This document shows, piece after piece, positions 31,669 through 42,032 of a stretch of DNA of 64,000 nt. Positions within the stretch are counted from its first letter, which is position 1; each line of letters begins with the position of its first letter. The DNA is from Dehalococcoidia bacterium (lineage in GTDB: Bacteria > Chloroflexota > Dehalococcoidia > Plut-88900). Where the stretch lies: assembly GCA_965207225.1 (NCBI GenBank), contig CBDBLV010000004.1:768001-832000 (forward strand), in the 5' to 3' direction. The notes under the pieces were generated by a model, which was given only the letters and a program-made list of their open reading frames with translations, was not told the DNA's origin and searched no databases. Position numbers and translations under genes: made by a program.

Positions 31669-32109
31669 TTAAAAGACGAAGTGCCATGCCAGCAGGACGG
31701 TGACGGTGACCACGAGGTAAAAGGGCAGTACGGAAAAGGATCCAAATAGCACCTCGAATACTCCCTTGGTAATCGACCCTCTGGGGCTTATCTTAAAGAG
31801 ATCTGATGCGGATGCCCTCCCCCGGTGGACTTTGTCGACGAAATTGTCGTAGGACTCACGAAAGCCTCCCTCTAGTGCGAGGTGGTAAGCGTCGAGCACG
31901 AACAGCAGGAAGATGGGCGCCAGGGCTATTGTAGCGTGCTCCGCGTTTCCGGTCCTGGCTACTAGCACGAGAATGGCAGAGACCAAGGTTACACACCACA
32001 CCTTGCACGAGCGGCTATTCTCCGCCATCCGTTGGATGACTCCTTGCATGATCTCAAGGTGAGTCCGGACAGAAGAGGACTCGTGCGTTATACGCTGGTT
32101 ATCAGACAA
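31669..32109 (-). CDS. Small membrane protein (about 3 TM helices), putative TIR-linked effector
   Basis: TTG start after AGGAGAGG; HLEIMQGVIQRMAENS...KVWCVTLVSAIL...LDAYHLALE..FR..YD; three hydrophobic segments. Confidence 0.75.
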   Translation of the reverse strand: MSDNQRITHESSSVRTHLEIMQGVIQRMAENSRSCKVWCVTLVSAILVLVARTGNAEHATIALAPIFLLFVLDAYHLALEGGFRESYDNFVDKVHRGRASASDLFKISPRGSITKGVFEVLFGSFSVLPFYLVVTVTVLLAWHFVF

Positions 32110-32119
32110 GTACCTCTCC

Positions 32120-33064
32120 TTATTCCTCACGTCTACCCATAGACGTAGCGGGGGACCGCCAAGGTCCTCCTGCGGGCCAGTGCATCTCGAAAGGCGATCC
32201 TGCCACGATGCTTTCGCGCACAGGCTCCATGAATAGTCGTAATCGACTGCCGATTTCCTCGAACGCATTCGGTGGAGAACTCAATAGTTGCCCGTCCTGC
32301 CCATAGGATTGCCAGCGAGACTGAATGTCCGCGTTTGAGTAGAAGGCTGATGTGAGGGCGTCGGGTATAGTGTGAGTCCAAGGGGTGCCGCGCCGCTCAA
32401 AGCAGCGTTCTACCGCTTCTCGGAGCTCGGTCCCGTCAAATGAGAAAGTCTCCGACAGGGCCCATACATCGTAGAAGTCCTTCATACGACTGTTGCGAGT
32501 ACCCAACTGCACCATGGTTTCAAACTTCTCGGCGATGGTGGCAACTCGCGGGTATGTGCGCACCAACGGTGCGGGAACGCCATCGATGAGAGTAGGAAGA
32601 CATGCCTCGTCGACCACTGAGGTAACAGCATTGCCAAAGCCGAAGTCTACCTGTACTGGAATTCGTGCCGTGCCAAGCCGGGCGCGCAAGTTGGCTCGTT
32701 GTCCTTGATACCTCTGATTGTCTCGAATCGACGAGATCCGCAATGTCTCAAGGTCAAACATGATCCCGTCCTCTTTGCATGGGACAGAGCAGACAGTCGT
32801 GACGATCTCGCGAACGGCCTCATCATCACTTTCGCCAAACGCCAACAGATCGATATCGCGTGTGGCGCGATAAGGCTCCTTCATCCATAGCGCTAGGAGG
32901 GTCGCACCCTTCAGAATACACCTTTCCTGGACCGCAGACTCACCTAGCCGGTAGAGGAATCGCTCGCAGGCGTAGCGGACGAGGGAAAGCTCAAACTCCG
33001 TCCCACCCCTTCTAGCCTCGTTGAGAAGACGCGCCCTGATTGAATCAGCGATGTTGGAACTCAT
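32120..33064 (-). CDS. abiEii: AbiEii/AbiGii nucleotidyltransferase toxin (type IV TA)
   Basis: ILKGATLL...RATRDIDLL, QVDFGFG, AEK, NSRMKDFYD. Confidence 0.92.
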   Translation of the reverse strand: MSSNIADSIRARLLNEARRGGTEFELSLVRYACERFLYRLGESAVQERCILKGATLLALWMKEPYRATRDIDLLAFGESDDEAVREIVTTVCSVPCKEDGIMFDLETLRISSIRDNQRYQGQRANLRARLGTARIPVQVDFGFGNAVTSVVDEACLPTLIDGVPAPLVRTYPRVATIAEKFETMVQLGTRNSRMKDFYDVWALSETFSFDGTELREAVERCFERRGTPWTHTIPDALTSAFYSNADIQSRWQSYGQDGQLLSSPPNAFEEIGSRLRLFMEPVRESIVAGSPFEMHWPAGGPWRSPATSMGRREE

Positions 33065-33663
33065 AGCACTCCGGTCTCCAGGATTGCGCTGAGGCGGCGT
33101 GAAGGCAGAGCGTCGAGCACCCGATGCAGTTCGTCAGTGGTCGCCTTGTTATCTCGAAGGGAATCTTGCAGGGCCTCAAGCGCGGTCTCTCGTCCAATTA
33201 GGCGCTCAAACCGGAAACAGTCGACTACTGTACGAGCTGGGGAAGTGATACGAGCAGGCACACCTTCGAACTTCGTTTCCTGTACACCATAGCTCAAGGC
33301 TGCGCCACTAAAGCGGACCAGCCGAATCCTAGTTCCCCCAAGTCGGGGAGGTCTCGCCTTATGCTGGATGGCGATCCATACTTGACGTGGGAGTTGCGTG
33401 CCGATCTCGTGCACCTGTAGCGCCGAGAGTAGACAGACGATGGCATTGGGGACCCTAGCGCAGACGGAAGCTATCGAGTAGCGTTCAGTCGGCTCGGCAT
33501 CGGCAAGCCGGTAGAGCCCACGGTCCACACGCTCAACAACCTCCTTGGCCTCAAGTTGCCGAAGCTTGTGGTAGGGGATACCCAGTTGCTCCAGTTGGCT
33601 CGGGCGAAAGAAGTTGCCAATGCCTGCCTCGCGGAGGGCGTCTCTATCTAGGTTCACAGTCAT
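33061..33663 (-). CDS. abiEi: AbiEi antitoxin / transcriptional regulator
   Basis: VERVDRGLYRL, CLLSALQVHEIGTQLP, ITSPARTVVDCFRF; 4-bp overlap with abiEii. Confidence 0.92.
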   Translation of the reverse strand: MTVNLDRDALREAGIGNFFRPSQLEQLGIPYHKLRQLEAKEVVERVDRGLYRLADAEPTERYSIASVCARVPNAIVCLLSALQVHEIGTQLPRQVWIAIQHKARPPRLGGTRIRLVRFSGAALSYGVQETKFEGVPARITSPARTVVDCFRFERLIGRETALEALQDSLRDNKATTDELHRVLDALPSRRLSAILETGVL

Positions 33664-33789
33664 TGTATTGAAAATGTAGGCGTTCCCAACAAGTATGCCG
33701 ACATTTTACTATTCGCAGGCCAAGCTGTCAATATCAGTAAACCAGCCAAGGGCCTGACGTTTCCTATTGCGCTGAAGTGGATGCAGGAA

Positions 33790-35913
33790 CTACCTGACCA
33801 CCCCCGTCACCTCGCTCAGTAAACGCATGATGTCCGATTCGATGGTTTGAATGTCACGCTCTATTTCTTCGAGCGGGCGTGGCGGTGAGTACCGGTAGAA
33901 GTGGCGGTTGAAGTTAATCTCGTAGCCAACGACGCCCACCTTCCCGTCCTTGAGGTCACGCTTGGACTTGTCGATCCAGGCGTCTTGTACATGGGGAATG
34001 ACTTCGCGCTCGAAGAAGCGCTCGACGCTCTCCGACAGAGGTACGCGCTCAATGTCTCGAAGTTGGGGGTCTGGCTCTAGCTCACCGTTGCGGCGGCGAC
34101 AGACGGCGGCGGTCTCGTCGCGCTCTGAGAGGGCGTTGAGGATCGCTCTCTTGGCCGGAGCACGTAGCTTCATTTCAGATTCCTTTAGAGCGCCATCTAG
34201 AATCTCTTGGAAGGCTCTCCTGTCGGTCACTGTCGTCTCAGGCAGGTTGCGCAACATGTCGCGGAGAGCACTCTGCAGCTTGAGACCTTGAGATTCCTCC
34301 CGAGACGCCGCAGCTCCGCGCTTCTTCGATTTAGCCAGGGATTGAAAGCCCCTTTCCTCCTCAAGCCGAGATATGCGATCTGCGCTTGCCAGGAAGTTGA
34401 GCCTGAGTGGACGCTCGATGGTGATCTTGCGATAGCCGAAATGAGATGTGGAGAAGACACGACTCACGACGGCCTCCTCCAGCTCGCCTTCCTTCGTGAC
34501 AATGCGAGTGTCGCCATCGCGATAATCGACGAGCAGCTTCAGGATGTCATCCGCTTTATCTGGCGTTATCTGACGGCGCTTGTCGCCAAGACTCCTTCTC
34601 ATCGGCCCCCAAAACGACGATGCGTCGATGAGTTGGACCTTGCCCTGGCGCTGCGGGGTCTTGCGATTCGTCAGGAGCCAAATATAGGTGGCGATACCGG
34701 TGTTGTAGAAGAGCTGCTCAGGCAAGGCTATCAGAGCCTCCAGCAGGTCGTTCTCGAAGATGTAACGTCGGATCTCGCTCTCGCCACTGCCGGCGTCACC
34801 GGTGAAGAGAGGCGAGCCGTTCATGATGATGGCGATGCGCGATCCTCCTTCCTTTGGGTCTTTGGCGTGGGAGAGCATGTGTAGCAGGAATAGTAGTTGG
34901 CCGTCGCTGATTTTGGGCAGCCCGGGCTCAAACCGACCTAGACCGCCGAGGTCGTGCTCAGCTCGGACCGACCTCTCGTCCCGCTTCCAGTCTTTCCCAT
35001 ACGGAGGATTGGCAATGAGGTAGTCAAAGCTACGCGCGGCGTGGACATCGTTCGACAGCGTGGTACCGAAGGCAATGTTGTCGGCATCCCGGCCCGTTGG
35101 TTCCTTGATGAACAGGTCCGACTTTGAGACAGCCCAAGTCTCAGGGTTGACCTCCTGGCCAAAAAGGTGAATCTCGGCATCTGGATTCACAGGATCGCGC
35201 AGCAGGTTGCCGTTCTCCCAGCGGCCCAGATTGACGTGCTCCTTGGCAATCATTAGCATCCCACCCGATCCGCAGCACGGGTCATACACGGTACGGACGA
35301 CACCCCTGCCTCCGATACTGGCCTCGTCCCCCGCTAGCATCAGGTCGACCATCAGGTGAACGACATCTCGTGGCGTGAAGTGCTCACCGGGGTTTTCGTT
35401 CAGCGCCTCGTTGAACCTGCGGATAAGTTCCTCGAAGATTGTGCCCATCGCAGCGTTGTCGACCTGGTCCGGATGCAGGTCTACGCCGCCGAATCGCTCC
35501 AGCACCTGGAAGAGAAGGCCTGATTCGTCGAGCCTGCTGATGGTGTTGTCAAAGTCGAAGCGTTCCAACACCTCCCGCATGTTCTGGCTGAATCCGGCGA
35601 TGTAGTTCCGCAGGTTGGGAGCAACGTTGGGAGCGTCCGCCAGCAGCCTCTCGAAATCGTACCGAGAGGTGTTGTAGAATGCGAACCCGGATGCCCGGCA
35701 TAGCTGCATGTGGAGATCTTCGAGTCCCCGGCCTGATAATTCCGCCTGGCGTTGAAGAACGTCCTCCCTTGTGGAGGCCAGGACACAATCAAGTCGGCGC
35801 AGCACCGTCAAAGGCAGAATGACGTCCTGATACTTGCCTCTCTTGAAGGTGTCTCGGATCAGATCCGCGACGCCCCAAATGAAGCTAACGATCTCGCTGT
35901 GATTCATTGCCAT
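33790..35913 (-). CDS. hsdM: Type I R-M N6-adenine methyltransferase subunit M
   Basis: IWGVADL, GEHFTPRD, YDPCCGSGGML, ANPPYG, LFYNTGI. Confidence 0.96.
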   Translation of the reverse strand: MAMNHSEIVSFIWGVADLIRDTFKRGKYQDVILPLTVLRRLDCVLASTREDVLQRQAELSGRGLEDLHMQLCRASGFAFYNTSRYDFERLLADAPNVAPNLRNYIAGFSQNMREVLERFDFDNTISRLDESGLLFQVLERFGGVDLHPDQVDNAAMGTIFEELIRRFNEALNENPGEHFTPRDVVHLMVDLMLAGDEASIGGRGVVRTVYDPCCGSGGMLMIAKEHVNLGRWENGNLLRDPVNPDAEIHLFGQEVNPETWAVSKSDLFIKEPTGRDADNIAFGTTLSNDVHAARSFDYLIANPPYGKDWKRDERSVRAEHDLGGLGRFEPGLPKISDGQLLFLLHMLSHAKDPKEGGSRIAIIMNGSPLFTGDAGSGESEIRRYIFENDLLEALIALPEQLFYNTGIATYIWLLTNRKTPQRQGKVQLIDASSFWGPMRRSLGDKRRQITPDKADDILKLLVDYRDGDTRIVTKEGELEEAVVSRVFSTSHFGYRKITIERPLRLNFLASADRISRLEEERGFQSLAKSKKRGAAASREESQGLKLQSALRDMLRNLPETTVTDRRAFQEILDGALKESEMKLRAPAKRAILNALSERDETAAVCRRRNGELEPDPQLRDIERVPLSESVERFFEREVIPHVQDAWIDKSKRDLKDGKVGVVGYEINFNRHFYRYSPPRPLEEIERDIQTIESDIMRLLSEVTGVVR

Positions 35914-36779
35914 GATTTTCGGTTCTCAAAGTTCCAGATATATAGTTAACCCACTTGGTTTGTGTCGCTAGGGTAGCAATCCGTGTCTATGCGTGTTGGG
36001 GCGGAGCCCAATTGCAGACTGGTTGTCACTGGCAAGCTTGCAACGATGATGTAATGCTACGACTGTATCGAGAGCCATCAACCTTCTTGGGTACCGTAGA
36101 GCAAATGGACAAGCCAGTCAATACGTGATTTCTTCGCCTTGACGCTAGATTGCTTATAGTAGGGCGTGGGAATGGGATGGGCAACCTTGGTCGGCGAACA
36201 AGGGCCGTACGCAAAGGCAGTAAGTTGGTGCGACTGACTATGCACGCGCGCTGCCACCCCTGAGTTCAGAATGATACCTGTCTCACGTGCACCGGTGATC
36301 ATACGAGCGAGGCGCTGATTGCGGATTGCCCTACGTGGAACTTGCGGGAAGCATCTGTGACATCGCCTGAAACTCAAAAGTGACCGCATCCGTGTCCGTG
36401 CAGGAGAAGGCTACCTCGTTTCAGTATCATCCCCATCTGGCGCCACGGCCTAGAGTCCAGCGCCGACCTCCGTTCCTGCTCCAGGTTGAACGCACACTTG
36501 AACAGGGACTTGGCGGCCAGTCTGGGCTTCCGACTACGGTTCGTTGACTTGATGGCTCCTCAGCTATGAGTTGCACCCAAGATAATAGAGACAGCTGCGG
36601 GTCCGCGGCCTCGCAGTGGTAGCCGTTTATCCCGTTTCTGGATGGCATCAACGGCGACGGCTGCACTTAGGCCAGCTTCCATCCGTTGTCCACCAGCGGA
36701 TCCACGACAGTCTTGGCGGCACACGCATGGGCGAAGATTTCCATATCGCCTGTCACAGGACATTCCTTCATCAACCACC

Positions 36780-37298
36780 TCATCCCATCAGTTCCACCAC
36801 AGTCTGAGAGTGAGGTTGCGCCGCCGCCGCCGGTGCGACCTCGGTGTATTTCTCCGGCTCCAGCCGCGCCAGCCGTCGCTCCAACTGCTGGACGGTCTCC
36901 GCTTGCTCCTCTCCGCTCGTCTTGCATCTACCCTCAATCGCTTCGAGGCGACTCCGAAGCTCCTCCTCCAGCGACGACATACGCTCGGTCAGGGCCTCTA
37001 CCCTCTCACGCTGCCGCGCCGCGACCGAGCCGCCCCCCAGCAGCGGGTGTCGCTCCAGCGCGGCGCTCATCCGCGCGGTCAGCCTGCCAGACTCGATGGC
37101 CCTGGACACGGTCCGGTAGCTGACGCCCAGACGCGCCGCCGCCTTCGTCCTGCCCTCGGCCTCGATAATGTCCCGCAGCAGCGCCATGAGCCGCATGTCG
37201 CCAAGGCTGTCCAAGCTCCGGCTGGAATCCGGGCACCACTCCTCTCCATCCGGCTCTGGAGCTTCCACTGGCGCTTTGTCCACTTTCCTAGCCGTCAC
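36780..37298 (-). pseudogene. C-terminally truncated copy of the 20407-21282 HTH/coiled-coil gene
   Basis: Nearly identical through QLERRLARLE, then unrelated sequence and a stop. Confidence 0.75.
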
Positions 37299-37615
37299 TG
37301 TCCACTCCAGCCCGGTCCGCCCACCGGCGCTTTGTCCACTTTCGTAGCTGCGGCTGTCCTGTAGGGGTGGAACGAGCCCCGGATTCGAATCGCTTGCTCC
37401 GATGTGGCGGGACGCCCCATTCACCCCGATTTCAGCTACGAAATCGCTCTCCCCGCAAGTTGTCGTTCCAATCGATCCCCTGTACACGGGTAGTACACCA
37501 CAGCGGGCCCTCCAAATATCAGGCCTCTTGAGGGGGGCCTCTGCGCGTGCCCGGGCGCGTCCGCGATCCTCCTCGCGCGATGCCTGAGTCGAGAGCCCGG
37601 TCAACCGTGCCCGGC
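36858..37615. repeat. Long direct repeat A, copy 2
   Basis: Matches 20840-21605. Confidence 0.9.
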
Positions 37616-37699
37616 GCGTCCCATCCGCTTGGCGTCGAGAGCCGCAGCGAGGAGCGGGATGAGAAGGGGCAGCGGAAGGATTCCATCAATGGGCCGCGC

Positions 37700-37960
37700 G
37701 AGACCCGCCAACGCGGGCTGCGCATCCTCGCCCGGGAGACCGTCCGCGGTCCACTACGCCGGGATACGCTCCGGAAGTCGCGGCGCGCCGCCATTGTGCG
37801 GCGGTTCACCCCCGGGGCCTCTGCCGCGCCGACCCTGCCCCGGTCGTTGACCAGCGCGTCCAGCAGGTCCAGCAGGGAGGCGTCCGACAGGGGGACATTC
37901 GTGCCGTCGCCGGAACGCTTGGGCCCATTCGCGACAGGCTCGTCACGGTCAGCCACCAGG
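37700..37960 (-). pseudogene. Remnant of a more distant paralog of the same HTH family
   Basis: LLDLLDALVNDRGRVGAAEAPGVNRRTM resembles LMALLRDMIEAGDRAKAAARLGVSYRTV. Further remnants lie at about 39560-39860. Confidence 0.55.
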
Positions 37961-39877
37961 CCTCCGAAACTACAATAAGCGCAATACAATGAGTACAATA
38001 AACCTGACACGGACCCGCAGTAAATTCACTTGCAGGATTCCCCTCGGGATTTCCCATATTCCCCTTCAGACAGGTACGATTCTCACCCAGATTGCACTCT
38101 GCAATGTATTCCGGTTCTCCTTACAGCCCAGCCACGGCGAAAAACGGCTCAGGCGATTGTAGTCTGACGCATCAGCCCTGCGGCGTCCCGTGTCGGATCT
38201 TCCCTCTGGTCGCCTGCGTAGGCCGAGCGCGGGGACCGAGCGGCCGGGATCACGGCCTCAAACCCTGTTCTCAACGCATCCCCAGCCCTCACCGGCGCTT
38301 TGTCCACTTTCGTAGCTGAGCCTGTCCACTCACGCATTATCCACCCACCGGCGCTTTGTCCACTTTCGTAGCTGCTACTGTCCGGCCGCCTTGGAACCAG
38401 CCCCGGAATCGAATCGCTTGCTCCAATGTGGCAGATTGGTCGATTCACCCCGTTTTCAGCTACGAATCAGTCCCGGTTACAACTTGCCGTTCCAATCGAT
38501 CGCCTGTACACGGGTATTACACCGCCAGCGGCCCTCATGACAGCTGACCCTGTGAGGGGGGCCTCTGCGCGATCCCGGGCACGCGCGCCATGTCTGAGTC
38601 GAGCGCGCGGATTGCCCAGACCCAGCATCGTCCCATCCAACACCGTCAGCCCTTCGACGATCCCGCCAGCGCGGATTCCCGGTTTCTCCAGGACCCATCC
38701 GCCGCCCTTCGATGTCCATGTTCCACTTTCCCCATCTCATGGCTGGGAGCGTCCCGCAGGGGCGCTGGGAACCCCGGAGTGGATTGCATGGTCCGATGCG
38801 ACAGACCGACCCATGCGCTCCGAATTCGACCTTGGTGCGACTCGCCGTCCTGGGAGATCGCCTGCACACGTCCGGCGCCCCGCCAGAGGCCCGCCGGACG
38901 GCCGATCCCCTGATGGGGCTGCGCGCAGCCCCGGGCGCGTCCACGATCCCACCGCGGGCCGTCGCCCCGGTCGGCGAACCGGTGTCAGACCGCGCCGTCC
39001 ACCATGTCGCGCGCCGCGCATACGCTGGTGGACTCCGCGCCCGCCGGCATGACCCCGCCCCGCCCCGGAATCGCCCTCTCGGACGCAGCTCAGACATGGT
39101 CGCCTTCCGTCCCACAGCCCGGTTTTCCGACTTGCATTTCTGCAACTTTCGCCGGAACCCGCCCATTCACCTGATCGCTTGCCGCGATGTGGCAACCCCC
39201 TTCCGTTGGGGTCCGTTTCAGGTTCAAATCGGCCCCGACTTGCATTTCTGCAACTGTCGCAAATCCCTGTACACGGGTAGTACATCGCATCCGGTCTCTG
39301 GGGCGGTTGCGGCGGCCCCGCGGGACCGCTCGCTCAGACTCCGCGGCGACGCGTGTGGAGCCATCCCCTCGTCGACTCGCATTCTTACGACTCTCACCGG
39401 AATCGGCCCATTCATCGGGTCTGCGCGACCTCCTCGGCCTCTGCGCCGAAATCGATTGCTCCGACGTGGCGACTGCGCGACAGACTCCGCGAACCTGCCG
39501 GGACGCCCCCGTGTCGGGAATTGGAGACAGGATGTGCGCCGGCGCGCAACGAGACGCGATCGCTCCGCCCGCGGCTCGACGGTCACTCTCAGAGCCCGAT
39601 TCGCTTGCTCCAGCGCCGCCGCGCGTCGCTCCAGGCATGCCGCCACCTACGCAAAGTCGCCGGCGTCATCGCCCTGTTCATCAACGTCAGCATCCGCATC
39701 CCAGCGCTCATCCATAGCGCTTCGCATCCGCCGGGACTCGCGGCGCGCCGACCCTGCCCCGGGCCATTGACCGGAGCGTTCAGCGGAGGGCTGTCCGATA
39801 GGGGGGATGTTCCCGCCGTCGCCGGAACTCTTCAACTCACTGGTTAGCGTCAACCACACGGCGCTCCATGTCTCGGA

Positions 39878-40080
39878 ACTGCAATAAACTGCAATGCAAT
39901 AACTACAATCGAGTTGCGATGGAGCGTCAACTTCCCGATTGCCAAATTGCTTGCTCGAACCCCTGCGAATCAACCTGATTTCAGTTGGAAACGGCGTCGA
40001 TTGCATTCTACATTGCGCTCCAATTCTCCTTACAGACCAGCCACGGCGAAACACGGCTCAGGACGATTGTAGTCTGACGC
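39878..40080. repeat. Direct repeat B (about 200 bp), copy to the left of the 40291 lipoprotein gene
   Basis: ACAAT-rich head, GAGTTGCGATGGAGCGTCAACT, TTCTCCTTACAG.CCAGCCACGGCGAAA...CGATTGTAGTCTGACG. A diverged copy lies at about 37968-38170. Confidence 0.85.
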
Positions 40081-40290
40081 GTCAGCCACGGCGGACCAGC
40101 GCGGAGCGTTCCGTTGCAGGAACAGGATTAGGGACTCTTGCAGGCTGCTGCAGGCGTCTGAGAAGCAGAGTCCACCGTGGAGGGGTTCACCCTCTACGGA
40201 TCAGACCCCCGGCGCCGGCCGCAGCGCTAGAGATTCTGGGCAGAGAAACGGAGTGGAAGCAGACGGCGTCTCATGAGGGCCTCACCCGTC

Positions 40291-41391
40291 TCATCGCTCC
40301 TCCAGGAGCACGGCCCCCGTGGGAACTCCGAGCCGCTCCAGGGCGGCCTCGACCTCAGCCTCGACTCTGGGATTTCGACCTGGGTCGATTTCAACTATCA
40401 GCCTGTTCTTCTCCTCCATGAAATCAGGGATGAGGTCCGCGTCGGGAATGTCCAGTCCGTCAGACTGGATGAGCAGGTACCACTCCAGAAGCTGCTCCCA
40501 GGTGTACTTGCCCTGGATTGCATGAACGCGTGAGAGCCGCTCCAGGCTCTCACGGCCCACCACCTTGAGCGCGAGGTCCTCCGCCTCCTGCTGAGACGGC
40601 TCCATCATGTAGACGTTGAGCGTCCAGGAACCAGTTGATCCCTGTTCCCAGAACATACCGCCGAACCCTGGCGTCGACACACCCGTACTCAGATCGACTA
40701 CTTCTCGTGGCGCGCATTCGTATCTGGCCGGACCTCCAACCTGCGCCCTCCCTTGAACCTTTACCCTGACCGCGTCGACCGGTATGTTCTCCTGCGACAG
40801 CAGGTCATGTATCCGCCGTTGCGCTCGGTCCCTGTTGCGCTCGCAATCTATACCATACACGAGCTTGTTTTCCGCCTCTTGGACGTCCGACATGGTCAGC
40901 TCGGGAATGTCCCATATTCCAGAGTTGAAGAGCTGGTGTTGCCACCTCTCGAGCTGTCTGAACGTGTAGTTCGCTTGGAGCGGGCGTACCTCTCTGATCT
41001 TTGTCATCCCCCTGTACACCACGGGCGCGAGGTGGGTGATGGTGACCTCTTCCACAGCCTCAGGTGACGGATTCACCAGATATACGTAGACGACATTGTC
41101 GACCGGGTCGATGAAGTGGCCTCCGTATCCCGGCCCCTCCACCGGAGTCGGTGTTGGAAGCGGAGTGGGTGCGGGTGTGGCTGAGGGAACGGGAATCGGC
41201 GAGGGCGCCGGAGTTGAGCTTGAAGAGACAGGTGCGGATGTCGGAGTGAATATGGTCGACACAGTCGGTGTCTGGGGCGAACTCGTCTCTTGACTTGGTG
41301 TCAGTCCACACGCTGACGCCGCGATCAACAGGGTCAGGGCAATTACATGGGTGAGTGGTCGGTTCACGATTTCTCCCATCTCCGATAACAA
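40291..41391 (-). CDS. Lipoprotein with Pro/Thr/Ser linker and two tandem homologous domains
   Basis: Lipobox ASAC. Repeat pair GYGGHFID..VYVYL..ANYTFRQLERW..ENKL / GFGGMFWE..LNVYM..GKYTWEQLLEW..KNRL. The start may be a few codons downstream. Confidence 0.8.
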   Translation of the reverse strand: MLSEMGEIVNRPLTHVIALTLLIAASACGLTPSQETSSPQTPTVSTIFTPTSAPVSSSSTPAPSPIPVPSATPAPTPLPTPTPVEGPGYGGHFIDPVDNVVYVYLVNPSPEAVEEVTITHLAPVVYRGMTKIREVRPLQANYTFRQLERWQHQLFNSGIWDIPELTMSDVQEAENKLVYGIDCERNRDRAQRRIHDLLSQENIPVDAVRVKVQGRAQVGGPARYECAPREVVDLSTGVSTPGFGGMFWEQGSTGSWTLNVYMMEPSQQEAEDLALKVVGRESLERLSRVHAIQGKYTWEQLLEWYLLIQSDGLDIPDADLIPDFMEEKNRLIVEIDPGRNPRVEAEVEAALERLGVPTGAVLLEER

Positions 41392-41526
41392 TGCTCGCCG
41401 CTCCCGTTCTTCCGAAGGCGGATGAAGCTTTCAGTCCTACCTTCAGACGAACGTCGATCTCTTCGGTTTCATCGTCCCCTGCACGTCTCCTCCGCAGTCC
41501 GAACTAGGCCAGACCCACGCCTGGGG

Positions 41527-41727
41527 ACTACAATAACTGCAATACAATCAGTACAACAGAGTTGCGATGGAGCGTCAACTTCGCACTCGCCAAATTGCTT
41601 GCTCGAACCCCTGCAGATCAACCTGATTCCCGTTGGGAACGGCGCCGATTGCATTCTGCAATATACTCCACTTCTCCTTACAGCCCAGCCACGGCGAAAA
41701 ACGTCTCAGAGCGATTGTAGTCTGACG
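41527..41727. repeat. Direct repeat B, copy to the right of the lipoprotein gene
   Basis: Matches 39878-40080. Confidence 0.85.
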
Positions 41728-42032
41728 TGTCGGCCCCCGGCAGCCCGACGGCGACCGACATATCCGGCTGATCCCCAGGAGCCTTCTGAAACAGGCTCAC
41801 TTGGGAACTCACCCCGGAACCGGCCCACTCACCGGATACCCGGCGCCCGTCCCGAAATTGCTTGCTCCGATGTGGCAGCTATGTGGCAGGGCGCGGCTAT
41901 TGAGGGGCTGATCTGGACTAGAATGGTCGCGCCGGGGCGGATTGTCGTTGGGTCCTCCTTGACCATGGAAGCTCATATTGGAGATGATAAGAGTAAGACA
42001 GCGCGCTACCACTATAGGGAAAAAGAGAGACC

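Noticed and set aside
38092-39850. Long Arg/Pro/Ala-rich ORFs on both strands
   Set aside because: They are GC-rich spurious frames across decayed repeats.
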